This document shows positions 1 through 13,510 of a DNA stretch of 64,000 nucleotides, in pieces. The notes beneath the pieces are model-generated. The model worked only from the letters and a program-made list of their open reading frames with translations, was not told the origin of the DNA and ran no database searches. The stretch is from positions 248,001 to 312,000 of the forward strand of contig NIVC01001190.1 in NCBI GenBank assembly GCA_002269645.1, given 5' to 3'. Origin of the DNA: Macrostomum lignano. Taxonomy: Eukaryota. Each line of letters begins with the position of its first letter. The stretch's first letter is position 1. A program made the position numbers and the translations under genes.

Positions 1-1649
1 TCATTTGACAAAAGACAGGAGATCGAAAGCAAAAACAAACAATTCTTTAATAATATCAAATTGCAATTTTATTCATCTTTGCGCGACATGTTTTGCCGAA
101 CAATCGGCATCTTCAGGCAATAATATAGATCATGCAGAGAGGATGTGGTAATTTTTTAGTAGCCTAGTAAGTCAACATGATGCAAGTATGGGTAGAAGAG
201 TTAGATGGCCCTAAATAAGAGGCAAGCGCATGGGGTCAGAACACCCTTAGATGGACACTGATCGCCCCTCTACCACCAAGTTGGATTGTTCATGGCGGGC
301 TTTAGCTGTTTAATGTACAACGCCTCAAGAATAGACAACTTCATACTCTGGCGGTTACAATCGATAATTTCAAATTTTTCAGCATGTCTAACTTCAGCGC
401 ATTGGTTGCACATCGATTCCTCCGAGTCAATAAATCATCTCCGACATCCTGCCAGAATCGGAGACCTGCTAGATTTAGACTTCGATCGCACAAAAGTCAT
501 GCGATATATGATGATGAATATCGGCTTCTCCAGCATGACGGAACGCGATCGAGTGCTGCTTAGCGCAGACCTGGGTCTGGTGGCAACACACTTGATGGCA
601 CCAATCAAAATGATAAAAGCGACAGTGCCTAAAAAGCAAGCACCGCCACCGGTCTGTAGCAGCTGCGAGAGTACTAACTCAATGCCGCTCATCAGTGCCA
701 CAGGCGCTCACAGCTGCACTCCAAAATCCGAGCCAAAAGCCGATGGAGACTCGGACCAATTTAAAAAAAAACAGCGTCTCAGGTGAGGGCTTAAGACTCA
801 AGCCTGCCGCCGGGCCACCCTGCTATGCCCTAACGCGTGAGCTGTCCTCAAATGAACCGAGTTGAACAGAGTCGATTGAAGAAGAGGCTGTTAAATCCTG
901 TTTGCAGAAGCTGATAGGCAAGTTAAAATTTGCGTCGGGAGAGTTTTCCTCCGAGCTCTAATCGACAATGTCAACGAACTTCATTGGCCTCATGACAGGG
1001 GGGTTCTTGTGAGCCGCTCTGTGTTTCACCACCTCTCCTGATGGCGAGACGAGACGGTGTGTTGGATTCTGAGGCGAGGTGTCTCCAAGATTCGCGACTG
1101 ATGTGGTTGCTGCAGTCTGCTGCGTTGCTCTGTCGTGCGTGTTGACGTTAAATTTAAGGTGTTTTACGTTCCTGGTGTCTATATATCACCAGGATTCTCT
1201 TTTCTGAATACCAGGTTCTCCTTAGTTGCTTAGTTTTGTTTTCTTTGCGTTTATGAATGACCCTCTGGAAATTTACCCCGCTGAGTTTTCGGATCATGCG
1301 TTTTCTACGCACACATAAACATATGCGAATATATACATGCATACATATGCGAAGAATCAAGAATAGTAAAAACGTTACATGCTAAACAATGGACTGACTA
1401 CTATTCAATTCTAACAAGATTGTTTTTGCATAAAATAGACAAAAATCAGTTTTTACTCATGCTCATGTAAAACCATAAGCCAAAGTAAGGTTCTCCAACA
1501 AAAAGGTGCGCAGTAATTTGGATTCGAACATGCTACTTCAACTCGACGATAACTCTTGACTGAAACTTTTGTCAAGAGACACAAAATGTATAACAACGAT
1601 CAGAGTGGATTCATGCGGGTACTACCAGGTAAGGCTACTACGAAAAGAT

Positions 1650-2000
1650 AAGTTTATAATAATAAAAATGATCGCAGGAGGGCTGCGGACAGTCTGGCGA
1701 TATCCGTGAGATCGTCTCACTACCAGGGCTGAGGCAATAGGCCCATTCCAATGACTCCTGACCACGTGCAAGCTTGCAGATACTGCGCGCAGGAACACAC
1801 TAACACATAAGCTCACACAGGTGGTACAGTGGCGATAAAATGTACTCGTCAGGCATGTGCACTCTTTCTGCCTTGGAGATTGGCCCTCATTGATGTGAAT
1901 CGCACGATCCGACCGCCCCGTGGTCCGAATTGTGGCCCGTGCACGGAATTGAACCGCGAACTGAGCTACACTCTAACAAGACAAGCAGCTACACTTAGTA
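1650..2000 (-). mobile_element. Possible tRNA-derived SINE
   Basis: Minus strand has a tRNA-like head (GTTAGAGTGT...GCGGTTCAATTCCG, B-box-like GGTTCAATTCC), a GC-rich body and a TTTTTATTATTAT tail. Boundaries approximate; no second copy seen in the window. Confidence 0.35.
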
Positions 2001-2187
2001 CGAGCTTACTTGCAATTTCGTCCCCAGGAATCTATAATGTGTATCCTTTAGACAGACGCATGAGTCGTTTCATGTCAGTTCCAGGATTTATTGTTTATTG
2101 AAAACCCAATTTAAAACCAAAAAGCAACTTGATTATTTCGCACAGAAAAACCTTTAAAGTACCAAGCTTGTAAGGAGCGAAATGATA

Positions 2188-3773
2188 TCAGGTGAGCATG
2201 AGAATCTCCAGCTGCTTGAAGCTGTAATAGAACCCGTCAGTAATGTTTTTGGGAGAATTTGAAGCCCAAATTATGCCCTTGGCTCGGTTTGCATCTCCAA
2301 CATCCAGCGCTGTCGGGTAGTTGAAGTACTTGCCGAACGGACCTGAGGCATGGCAGCATGTGTGCCAGTGAGGCTGCTCAAATTTAACTGCACAATTTAC
2401 TGAATTGACTGCACAACCGGACAATCCGTAATCTCGGGTGACGAACTGCCGGTTCAAGCCTGGGAACAGGCAGTCTCCAAGGCCTCCAGCAGGCTCAAAC
2501 GTGAATTCAGACACCGTGTAGTTGGTGCTCTCGGCCAGAATGAGCACGTTCAGGTAGTAGGCGTAGATGTAGGTGTCGTTCCAGTACAGCAGGTCGACGC
2601 GGAACCGGTTGCTGCTGGGCTGAGCGCTGGTCCGGGCGTGCAGCCACTCCAGGCCTGTTCGTAATTTTTTTCACGATAGGGCTGTCATTCTGACAACAAT
2701 CTGTTGTGCTGTTTCTGCAAGTCTACGGTGCTGTATAACTAAAGAAATTCCAGGAGTTACTATCCAATAAGGAAAAACTGACAATTAATGATGAGGTTAT
2801 GATCAATCAAAAATTTAAAACCGTTCATTCTATTCGATACTGATAATCTCTTCCTTCTTACCAGCAAACTCACCAACAAAGTAGTTGCCGTGATAAGTGC
2901 CGAAGCCGGTCTTGTACTCGGCCCAGAGCCGGTCGAAGCTCAGCGCGTCCGACACTCGCAGGTTGACGGTCTCGAAGCACTGCTGAGTGCCCACAGTGTG
3001 AAACTCCTGAGTTGGAAATTCAAACGATTTATTAGATCGGCTATCCATAAAAGTGCATAAATGATGTCAGAAATCCAGCACTGCTTCCCAACACTCACAT
3101 GGACCGCTAGCTCAGAGCTGTTCGAAGGCTGCTCGAACCAGCGGCACAGCGGGTAGTCGGTGAGCAGAGAGCAGTTGCTGGAGTTGAACACAATCCCACG
3201 ACAGGGCGGAACCTCGCTGCACTTGGCAACGCAGCCAATGAGCGATGAGACAGCCGGCTGGTGCTGAAGGAATGCGGCGAAGATCTTCACCGAGTTGTTG
3301 GGAACGTGGACCCGCTTGTGAGTCACGTTCTGAGCCACCAAGTACTCTGAAGTGTCAAGACTATGGAATCAACTTGTGCTAGAAAGTAAAAGTACGAGCT
3401 TAGTTGCGAATGGAACTCCGGTCTCACCAGTCCAGAAGCTGCTCAACCTGTCGCTGGAGGCCAGACCGGACTGTCCACCACATGACGAATTCCAGCCGAG
3501 CAGCGCGGTCTCCGCAGTGAACAGTCGGCACTCACCGAGCTGCTCGACGCCATCAGCGGTGCTGGCAGCATCCAAGGTCAGAGCTGCGCACCAGAACTGC
3601 TTGACGCAGAGCATCGCGCACTGCTGCTTGGTGACCGGCTGCAGAGACCGCCACCCGGAGCTGGGGTCCGCTGGGCAGCCGGGGAACCTCGTGAGCTTGA
3701 GCGACGGCTGCTGGCAGCCTGAGCTGTACGACAGAGCCACCAGGCTCAGAAACGTCAGAATTAAAAAATTCAT
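2188..3773 (-). CDS. Secreted PAN-PAN-FReD protein, family 1 copy 1; exons 3773-3428, 3346-3099, 3006-2874, 2654-2188 (1194 nt, 397 aa)
   Basis: Signal peptide MNFLILTFLSLVALSYSSG. PAN-type C-x3-C motifs QQCAMLC...WCAAL...ECRL and IGCVAKC...CRGIVFNSSNCSL. FReD motifs SFDRLWAEYKTGFG, GLEWLHART, FRVDLLYW, SFKQLEILM. GT-AG junctions keep the frame. Confidence 0.9.
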
Positions 3774-4323
3774 TTTCGACCTTAGCTATACGGTAGGGCA
3801 AAAACTTTTTGATGGTTTTTCCTGCAGTCAAAGCATCTGAATGCAAGGCAGTTCCAGCCGTTTTATTGGGTGAAAAAGTGCTCAGCTGCTGCTTGTTTGT
3901 GGGGTGAATTTTAATTGGCTAAATCAGAATCGAAGCGCTTACGCTACTGGATCCCATCTGCTCATTGGCCAAAAGGGAAAATGAAATATGAAAATTCATT
4001 CCACTCCGCTGCACAAAGTATGGAAAGGTAGACTTGCAAGGTAGTTTCTGATTCAGTAATTTTTTCGATTTGGAGCCAATTTTATCTAAATATAACAAAA
4101 TACTCGCGTCTAATAGTCTAGTGAAAATTTTCAATACTTTGCTCACCGATGATAAACAGACAGACGGCGGCATCCATAGAATACGAAAACGCCTGCTGGT
4201 TTTCATTATAAAATTATTTCAACTGTGAGCTGAGGAGGATAAATGGAAGGTTGTAAGGGAAATATTTCGCACCATTTTACCGTATTAAGCAGCTATATTT
4301 ACCTTTTGTTGATATCTTTGTAG

Positions 4324-4646
4324 GAGGTTGTAGCCTGCGGTTAGAGCGTCGTACTCACGACTTGAAGGTCGTGAGACAATTGAAGCAATCTGTGTCCTTC
4401 AGCAAGAAACGCAACTCTGCATTGCTTCAGTTCATTCATCAGTAAAATGGGTGTCAGCGTTAGCCAGCTGGGGTTATTGAGGGTGTGTGACTGTGTGAGT
4501 GTGGCGAACCCCCCCCCCCCCCCAGTCATTGGGCTGAACACTTAACAGCCGTACGCAACCTTCAGGTGGGCCGTGCAATGGCTTCGGCTGAGCTGTCGGT
4601 TGCACATCTAGCCCAATTGGGGCAGGCGTAATGTGTTATTATTATT
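4324..4646 (+). mobile_element. tRNA-derived CORE-type SINE, copy 1
   Basis: A-box-like TAGCCTGCGGTTAGAGC. The segment TGTGTCCTTCAGCAAG...TGCTTCAGTTCATTCATCAGTAAAATGGG resembles the MIR/CORE domain. (TTA)n tail. Homologous to 58212-58460. Confidence 0.7.
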
Positions 4647-6358
4647 AATATTTATGTTCAGAAAATTTCAAAGCGTCAACTTTAATAAATTAATAAGACA
4701 TGATTGATAACATCAAAATTTTAAATGCTTGTAGTTGGCTGATAGTAGTATGAGGCAACGCTGCTTACCCATTTATTGAGTCAATAAAAATGAATGAAGA
4801 ATTATAGGCGCAAGTACGAAAGTACATGAAGTTGATTCGACGCTTTACCAATCCATGCACGTGCCAATCAAACACATGCCATGTCAAGAAATTGCCTAGA
4901 ATGCAACGGCCGTTGAGAATTTGAGAAGACAATGTTTTGTACTTCCACCTTAACGATCCAAATATCGTGTTTAAAGCACGCTTAAGACATTCCAAAATAT
5001 CCTCGTCAGTCACCTGCACCGAAACACCCCACAGCCGCTGGATAACTTAATTTCTCAGATTAGAGTACTTTTTTAATTATTTTTACCACCCATGCAAGAC
5101 TTTCTTCCAAAGCATTGATCAGACTGAACTTTTCATGCAGGTAAATTCTTTTTTGTATAATTTTTTACATTAAATAATTATCAATATATACGAGCGTAAT
5201 AACGTGCAGCATTGTTCTGCTCAAGTGTACAAATCCGGTCTAATTCAGCCAATATAATTTGGCGCATTTTGGCGGAGTTTAACGTCACTTAAATCGTAGG
5301 GTGCGCGGTCACACCCAACGACGCCGAAGAGTAGCGAAAAACGACCAGAAGTCAACTTGCATCAACTTGTATTGTACAGCAGGTCTTAATGAAACTCACA
5401 AATCATATTTGAGAATATGAGAATGAATGCGAACATTTATTCTGTAGGTTGAATCTCATCTGGTTGAAAGCCAGCATTACCGTGCATGTACGAGCTAGCT
5501 AAAGCTCCAGGCTAATACATTTTACTAGCATCAAATGAACTTCACTGCTTCTAAAATTGGTCCGTTTAAGTGTACAGTGTGGCAGGTGTCTTTGTGTTAC
5601 GAATTTAGATCGATTATTTAATTAATAATGAACGATGTCGATGCAGCGCGTGCTGAGAGTTTATTTCAATCAAATCACAATTATAATAATCTACTCTTAA
5701 TATTATAGATAGCAACGAGCGTACCATAGTACTCGTAGTATTGCAATGAGAAAATGTGAGGGAAGGAGAGCGAGAGGGAGAATACGTTTTATATACTCCT
5801 AGATATTTTATGAATTATACGGTATAACAAAAAATACGTTAACGCTAAATAAGAAAGTAAGATTTAAGTATAATGTAGAAGGAGATTACGAATATTAAGC
5901 TGTACGATACAAAAAAAGAAAAAAGGTGAAATAAAGGAAGTGACATCGTTACATTTGTATCTGAGTAGCTTTTTCATGAGTGAATTTTATTTGGTAAGAA
6001 TCGACTGAAATGTATTGAAGAGCTTTTGTTTGATTCAAACGAAATATTCTGCCTTTCGGCTGACTGTTGCGAAGAAATTTACGATTCTTACAAAGTTACA
6101 TGTAGAAGATTAGAAGATCGAGAGACGCCAGTTCAGGTGCAGCAGAATTCAAAACGGGAATTATTAGGCAAAAATGAGTTAAAAAGAGAATTGAAAATAC
6201 AAAAGGAATAATAAAGTTATTCATGTAGGCCTTTGCGAAACAGTTTTAGCAGCAAGAAGCGCCAAAGAGGCTGCTTAGCGTTTGCTGATTGACTGGCGAA
6301 AAGGGGCTGCAGGTGGGTTGGGTCAGAGGAATATTGCGATGAAATCCTCAACTCATAT

Positions 6359-7152
6359 GAGTTTCCACGCTTCAAGGTGAGTGTTCGAAACCCAAATGAG
6401 TTTCCACGCTTCAAGGTGAGTGTTCGAAACCCAAATGAGTTTCCATGATTCAGGGTGAGTGTTCGAAACCCAAATGAGTTTCCATGATTCAGGGTGAGTG
6501 TTCGAAACCCAAATGAGTTTCCACGCTTCAAGGTGAGTGTTCGAAACCCAAATGAGTTTCCATGATTCAGGGTGAGTGTTCGAAACCCAAATGAGTTTCC
6601 ATGATTCAGGGTGAGTGTTCGAAACCCAAATGAGTTTCCATGATTCAGGGTGAGTGTTCGAAACCCAAATGAGTTTCCATGATTCAGGGTGAGTGTTCGA
6701 AACCCAAATGAGTTTCCATGATTCAGGGTGAGTGTTCGAAACCCAAATGAGTTTCCATGATTCAGGGTGAGTGTTCGAAACCCAAATGAGTTTCCATGAT
6801 TCAGGGTGAGTGTTCGAAACCCAAATGAGTTTCCATGATTCAGGGTGAGTGTTCGAAACCCAAATGAGTTTCCATGATTCAGGGTGAGTGTTCGAAACCC
6901 AAATGAGTTTCCATGATTCAGGGTGAGTGTTCGAAACCCAAATGAGTTTCCATGATTCAGGGTGAGTGTTCGAAACCCAAATGAGTTTCCATGATTCAGG
7001 GTGAGTGTTCGAAACCCAAATGAGTTTCCATGATTCAGGTGGAGTATCCGCAACCCAAATGAGTTTCCATGATTCAGGTTGAGTATCCGCAACCCAAATG
7101 AGTTTCCATGATTCAGATTGAGTATATTCGCAACCCCAATGAGTTTCCATGA
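6359..7152 (+). repeat. 39-bp minisatellite (GAGTTTCCATGATTCAGGGTGAGTGTTCGAAACCCAAAT), about 20 units
   Basis: Contiguous tandem units with no spacers; edge units diverged. Confidence 0.97.
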
Positions 7153-7644
7153 TTTAGAGTCTAGGAGGAAAACTCTTTTAAATAACAAAAAACGTCCGCT
7201 TTTTCATGTTTTTTAGCGTCATTCTGCCGCAAATTTCCAGTGCAAGAAGTATTGTTTTATGGCAGACTTGCTTGAGTGCAAACTTGTTTGAGTGCAGAAT
7301 GAGTGCAAAAGGACAACTTAAAACATGACAAGTTAAGGAAAACCTTGGTGCAGTTGCAACGTGGGGACAAACAGCTGAAAGCTATCAAATATCTTGTTTG
7401 ATTCAGGTAAACCAAAAACCTTGTTTGCGACTGAAAAGTCTGGAAAATTATTTACATTGCAAGGAATCGACGAGCAGCTCGATTAACGAGTAAAAAGCCA
7501 GGAGCGCTGCTAACACTGCAGAAATTGCCATTGAAGCCTACATGTGCACAGCCTTTCACCATACTGGTTCTGTGAGTTTACTCTCGTTCAATAAGATTTG
7601 AAGTCAGAGAACCCTCTGATCAGCAATTGAACCCAATACAAAAC

Positions 7645-9599
7645 TCAAGTCAGCATGAGAATCTCCAGTTGCTTGAAGCTGTAGTAGTGCCCATCAGTGA
7701 TGTTATTTGGAGCATTTGAAGCCCAAACGATGCCCCTGGCTCGGTCTGCAGCTGGCACATTCAGCGCTGTCGGGTAGTTGAAGTACTTGCCGAACGGACC
7801 GGAGTTGTGGCAGCATTTGTGCCACTGAGGCTGGTACCTTTGGGCACAGTTCAGTCCATTACTGCAGGTACTCAAGCCACGATCTCGAGTCTGAAACTGG
7901 AAGTTATTGCCGACGAACAAGTCCTGGTGAAGACCTCTAGCAGGCTCAAATGTGAATTCAGACACCGTGTAGTTGGTGCTCTCGGCCAGAATGAGCACGT
8001 TCAGGTAGTAGGCGTAGATGTAGGTGTCGTTCCAGTACAGCAGGTCGACGCGGAACCGGTTGCTGCTGGGCTGAGCGCTGGTCCGGGCGTGCAGCCACTC
8101 CAGGCCTGTTTGTGAGAAAATTTTACATGGCTTGCTTTAGAATTTCCCATTAGAATTAATAAGCATCGCCTGCTTGATTTTGATTTTGTTCCTATGTAAA
8201 CACAGTGTGTCCCCATTTATCTCATATAAACTGCCGAAGCAAAGCTTTTACACAGCTACTTAAGATGCACAAAGCAAACACATTTGGTCTTTGACAAACG
8301 AGAATATTTCATATTCTCGCTTGCCTCATCTTTATCAGATAAGTAGAGCTTTTAATATTCTAATATCCTATTTTAATATGGGAAGAGAAATCTAAAAGAT
8401 TTGAACATGCGGAGTACTTTTAGTGTAGCTTAGTGGAGTGTACTTTTACGAGTAGCTTTAAGTGCTGAAGTAGAATATGTAATAGTTGCTAAAACTTCAA
8501 AGTTTCTTCTTCAAATTTAGATAGACTGGATTTTCGAACAAAAAAGTTTCTTCAACCACACATCATATTTCTGAATTTCGAAAATAATAAAATTTGCCTA
8601 TGGTCTAAAAAGGTTAACTAAATAATTTTTTCTTATATCAAAAACACACTGCGCATACGACCATAAACTCAACTAAAAGAGCCCCTAGGAACTCACCAGC
8701 AAAGTAGTTGCCGTGATAAGTGCCGAAGCCGGTCTTGTACTCGGCCCAGAGCCGGTCAAAGCTCAGCGCGTCCGACACTCGCAGGTTGACGGTCTCGAAG
8801 CACTGCTGAGTGCCCACAGTGTGGAACTCCTGAGTTTGAAATTCAAACGATTTATTAGATCGGATATCAATAAAAGTGCCTAAATGATGTCAGCGATCCA
8901 GCACTGCTCTCCCAACACTCACATAAACGGCCAGCTCAGAGGTGTTCGGAGGCTGCTCGAACCAGCGGCACAGCGGGTAGTCGGTGAGCAGAGAGCAGTT
9001 GCTGGAGTTGAACACAATCCCGCGACAGGCCGGCAACTCACTGCACTTGGCAACGCAGCCAATGAGCGATGAGACAGTCGGCTGGTGCTGAAGGAATGCG
9101 GCGAAGATCTTCACCGAGTTGTTGGGAATGTGGACCCGCTTGTGAGTCACGTTTCGAGCCGCCAGGTACTCTGAAATGTCAAAAGACTATGGAATCAACT
9201 TGTGCTAGAAAGTACGAGCACAAGCTTATTTGCGAATGGCACTCCGGTCTCACCAGTCTGGAAGCTGCTCAGCCTGTCGCTGGACGCCAGACCGGACTGT
9301 CCAACACAGGACGAATTCCAGCCGAGTAGCGCGGTCTCCGCAGTGAACAGTCGGCACACACCGAGCTGCCCAATGCCATCAGCGGTGCTGGCAGCATCCA
9401 AGCTCAGAGCTGCGCACCAGGACTGCTTGGCGCAGAGCATCGCGCACTGCTGCTTGGTGACCGGCTGCAGAGACCGCCACCCGGAGCCCGGGTCGGCTGG
9501 GCAGCCGGGGAACCTCGTGAGCTTGAGCGACGGCTGCTGGCAGCCTGAGCCGTACGACAGAGCCACCAGGCTCAGAAACGTCAGAATCAGGAATTTCAT
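7645..9599 (-). CDS. Secreted PAN-PAN-FReD protein, family 1 copy 2; exons 9599-9254, 9170-8923, 8829-8697, 8105-7645
   Basis: Same exon sizes and phases as copy 1 (346/248/133) with a 461-nt last exon; open frame; signal peptide MKFLILTFLSLVALSYGSG. Confidence 0.9.
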
Positions 9600-10249
9600 T
9601 TTGGAGTTCAGCTAAAAACTTATGGCTTAAAAAAATATAAAAGTTTTTTGATAATTTGGTCTACTTCTGCAACTTCAGCCTGCAGTAAAAGCATCTGAAT
9701 GCAAGGCGGTTCTTACTGTTTTATCGGGTGAAAATGTGCTCAGCTGCTGCTTATGCTCGCATTAGTGTGGATTATTGTAATTGGCTGAATGAGCTACGAG
9801 GGGCTTGTGCGGCTGGAAACAATTAAATTTTCCTAAAAGTACTAAGTGCTGAGAACTCAGCAGCGAAATTCGTGTGCTTTAGCCGAAAGAGTTCTGAAAG
9901 TTGGTCACTGTACTGACGAATTAGTACACTATTCGCGTTTCCTATTACCATGCAAAATTTAGAAAACTGAGTGTCTGTATCAAGATTTTTGAGGCGTTTC
10001 GAGATCCGATATGCATCTTCAGGTTTACTTGCTGACCAAAGAGCACAATCCTAATAGCAGTAAATATAGCCTCGTTTGGCGGCTCTGGCAAAGCCCAATA
10101 TCTCTTGAGACCTCTCCAAGGCTGCTCCGAGTCTGAGGTTTCAGCTCGGATTTTTGCTTGCATTTATACACAATTTAAGTCGAACTTGAGCCCCAAACCG
10201 GTTTTGTTGACGAGGTCAAAAAATGGATTTTGTCCTTTGACCGGTGGGG

Positions 10250-12648
10250 TACTTACTTACTTACTACCGACGGGGGGCAGAGCGCCGCGAATAGGCCGCG
10301 AGGCCCCTATCGCAACCCCAAGCTAAAAACAGAAAGGCGTTAGCCTTGGGGCTGCGCCCACCCCTCGCCAGCAGCAGAAGAGCTCGCGAGAGTGGCGTCT
10401 GCGATCTTCATCCGCCCAGAATCCCGAACGAATGCACGTAGGTCACGGATCCGGTCGGGAGTGGTGAGCTCGTCAAGCCTTAGCGTGTGACCGAGGTGAC
10501 GCCTCCGCGCCTCTTTGAAGTGCGGGCAGAAAGTGACGTGGTGCGTCGAGGTTTCCTCCTCTAGATCACAGAATGGGCAGATAGGGGAGCAGCCACTTTG
10601 CAGTGAAATATGTCTCTGGAAGAAGCCATGGCCAGTAATGACCATGCACATCTACCTCAGGTCAATTTTACTTAAGGAGACTAGATATTCGGATACTTTC
10701 CGGTTTATGGCAGGCATAGCCTTTCGTGCTTGCCGGTATTCGGAGCAGCTGTCCCAGTGAGTCTGATGCTGGCGGTTCAGCCAATCTTGAATGGCGCAGT
10801 TGAGTGATGACTTCGGAGAAGGTAACTTGACTGAGCGCTGCGCCCCATCAGGGGTGCAACCCCGCTTGGCAAGCTGATCCACAAGCTCGTTGCCGAGGAT
10901 GTTGCTATGGCCTGGTGTCCAGATAACATTGATCCTGTTGAGAATCGCTAGGGTCTGCAAGCTTTTGAGGCAGTCTGAAACTGACTTGGTCGAGAGCTTG
11001 ATGGAAGACAAGGCCTTAATAGCGGCCTGGCTGTCAGAGTAAAAATAAATGTCAAAGCTGCTGATACCAGCTTTGTGCAAATGCTCAGCGCACTGGTTGA
11101 TGGCTACAACTTCGGATTGAAAAACCGAGACATTCTCACCAAGATGAAGACTCTCTTGTAAGATCGCTTCACCCTTGTGGAAAATGGCAATGCCCGCACC
11201 AGCGAGACCGTCACACAGGGATCCGTCAGTGAAGCAGTGAATACCCTGGCTTCTCCGGTTGATGCCCACGTCCAGTGGGTGACTCCCTCTCGGTGGAAGA
11301 GTACACTTGAAGCCCCTCCTGAGGATGAGAGTGGGGGATCTGCAGTCCACCTCGTCTAAATTGAGGTGGATGCGTTGAAGATCGCGACGGATATAGTCCA
11401 GATGTGGGAAAAGAGTCTTCTCAGGCATGAAGCCCGAGGGCGTGTTAGCAATAAATTTATCACAGATGAGACGCGTGGCGCCCTTCATCGCCTCAGCTCT
11501 AATGAACAAATGCAGCGGAGGCATGCTGAGGATGGTGTTGAGCCCCTCGTAAAGGGTGGATGGATACGCACCAGTGATGGCTCGGCAGATGTTACCCTGC
11601 AGTTGGTACAACCGGTCCCGAACAGTCTTCAACTCCAACGCACTGGACCAGATAACACACGCGTAGGTGATACTGGGCCGGATGATGACGGTTTAGATCC
11701 ATCTGACCGTCTTGGGAGAAAGACCCCAATTAGGGTCTCTCATTCGCGCTCTTCGCGCTCTCCTCACCTGCGCGAAGCAGCGCCTGGCGCGCCCGATGTC
11801 ATTGTCAGCGTGCTTGGTCCAACGCAGATCGTGGGTGAGCGTCACACCTAGATACTTAGTTTCCTTGACTAAGGGTATGTCCTTACCATAGATGGTGAGG
11901 TTCCGCATGCTCCACTTCCGCTTCCTGGTGAAGATAATGGCCACCGTCTTAGCGGTGCTAATGGTTAGGCCGTGCCGGGTAGCCCAGGCTTGCGCCTTAT
12001 CGGCGAACTGCTGCATTAAGCTTCGGAGGGTGCTGGTGTCAGGGCCACTGACAATAGCAGCGACATCATCAGCGTAGCCAGCCTTGACTATGCTGCTAGG
12101 GACGTCAGCCGTCAGGAGCTCGTCCATCACGAGATTCCAGAGCAGCAGGGTGAGCACTCCACCTTGGGCTCCGCCCTTAGTAACCGTATGAGTGCAGGTG
12201 GCATCTATGAGGGAGGAAGTCACCTTCCTGTTCCGGATCATAAAGTCGATCCAACGCACAATGCTGGGTCGGACCTTTTTCTGCAAAAGGGAGTCACTGA
12301 AGGAGCCAAATAAAACGTTATTGAAGGCCCCATCGATATCACAGAAAAGCCCACAGGCAATCTGCTTACTCAGGATAGCTTTCTCAATGGCTGAGGTAAT
12401 AACATGCAAAGCGTGCTCGGTGGTTTTACCTGGTTGGAAGGCGAATTGGTGCTTACTTATGGGTGCCGTCCTTAACTCGCAGTCGCGCAGCCTCCACAAG
12501 ATGAGTCTCTCCATCAGCTTAATGCAGAAGGATGTTAGGCTGATGGGGCGGAAAGATTTCACATTAGTATAGTCGCCTTTGGCAGGCTTGGGGATGAAGA
12601 CCACCCGAGCGGTCCTCCAGATAGTGGGAATGTACCCAGTGGTGAAAC
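10250..12648 (-). mobile_element. 5'-truncated non-LTR retrotransposon with RT, RNase H and C-terminal CCHC finger (LOA/R1-like)
   Basis: RT motifs [39 protein letters not shown]; RNase H FTDGS...QSEVVAI...YSDSQAA...GNELVD; zinc finger CPFC...[10 protein letters not shown]; 3' (TAAG)n tail at about 10250-10264. One frame broken by two in-frame stops (TAA at about 11693, TAG at about 10652). Confidence 0.92.
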
Positions 12649-12714
12649 TATTTTATTCAAAAGAAACTTGAAGTTACAAGCGTAGCCCAGAAATAATTTG
12701 AGCTGCTCAGAGTG

Positions 12715-13510
12715 TATCCATTTATTAGGACGCAGAGGAAAGAGCCTTTGCCGCACGCTGGCAGAACAGGCAGGAGGGACAGCAGCAGCAGCCTGAGGGG
12801 TCAGTGCAAGCGCCTGCAAGTCAGAGATGAGGCAGTCAGTCAAAGTGGCAGTGCGGGCCTGGCCGCGGTGCAATTGCTCGGTCGTCCCGTGCAGCAAAGC
12901 CAGATGAGCGTAATGCGGTCCAGGGTCCGTAGACAGTGGACCAGCAGCATCTGACGGCGCCGGCGCAAGGTATCGCTTAGGGGCGGAGCTACACATGGGC
13001 GGGTCATCACAGCGTTGGTCGGCAGGCGCTCCGGGTGGTGCACGTCCAGCGTGTAGCGCAGCAGCGATCGGCAGAGCGCGTCCAGGGCTCGCTCTCGCGT
13101 CTTGGTCTGCGGCACAGCCTCCATGCCGTACAGCAGGATCGGTTCTAGAGCGCACAGGCGCACCTGCGCACCTTCAGGTCGTCTCTGGCAGCTGGATTGA
13201 AGACGTACCTGAGGAAGTGCGCGGCACTCCAGGCCGGGTTCCTCCTGTCGGAGACAATGGCATCGGGCTTCATCACCAGGGCACCGAGGCACCGAAAGTC
13301 CTCGCACACCGTAATGCCGTCTCTGCACTGGGCAGAGTGAGAGTTTGGGTGGTATTTGGGCCCACGTGCAACGATTCCGTCTTGCGAGCGTGCACCAGCA
13401 GCTCAACACGGCGCCCTCGTTGCAGAGCCTTGTGAGAGCGCGCTGGACAGCAGCTGAATGTTGGGAGAACAGCGCGATGTCCTCAGCATACGCGAGATCG
13501 CAGGAAGCAA
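12715..13510 (-). mobile_element. RTE-like non-LTR retrotransposon, decayed RT C-terminal half
   Basis: Across frameshifts: DLAYAEDIALFS (degenerate YADD), VCEDFRCLGALV (cf. VEDFKYLGS), DDLKVR...EPILLYGMEA, LDALCRSLLRYTL, RRRRQMLLVHCLR. Confidence 0.85.

Noticed and set aside
286-786. 166-aa ORF with PARIGDLLDL, faintly like a tyrosine-recombinase R-box
   Set aside because: No HxxR or catalytic Tyr motifs and no other recognisable domain; cannot support a call.
6359-7152. CRISPR-like appearance of regular repeats (also 34146-35230, 37000-38030)
   Set aside because: Units are contiguous without unique spacers, there are no cas genes, and the context is eukaryotic.
6217-7188. 323-aa ORF of FRTLTLNHGNSFG repeats resembling leucine-rich repeats
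   Set aside because: The period of 13 aa is too short for an LRR and the Asn spacing is off; the frame stays open simply because the 39-bp unit lacks stops.
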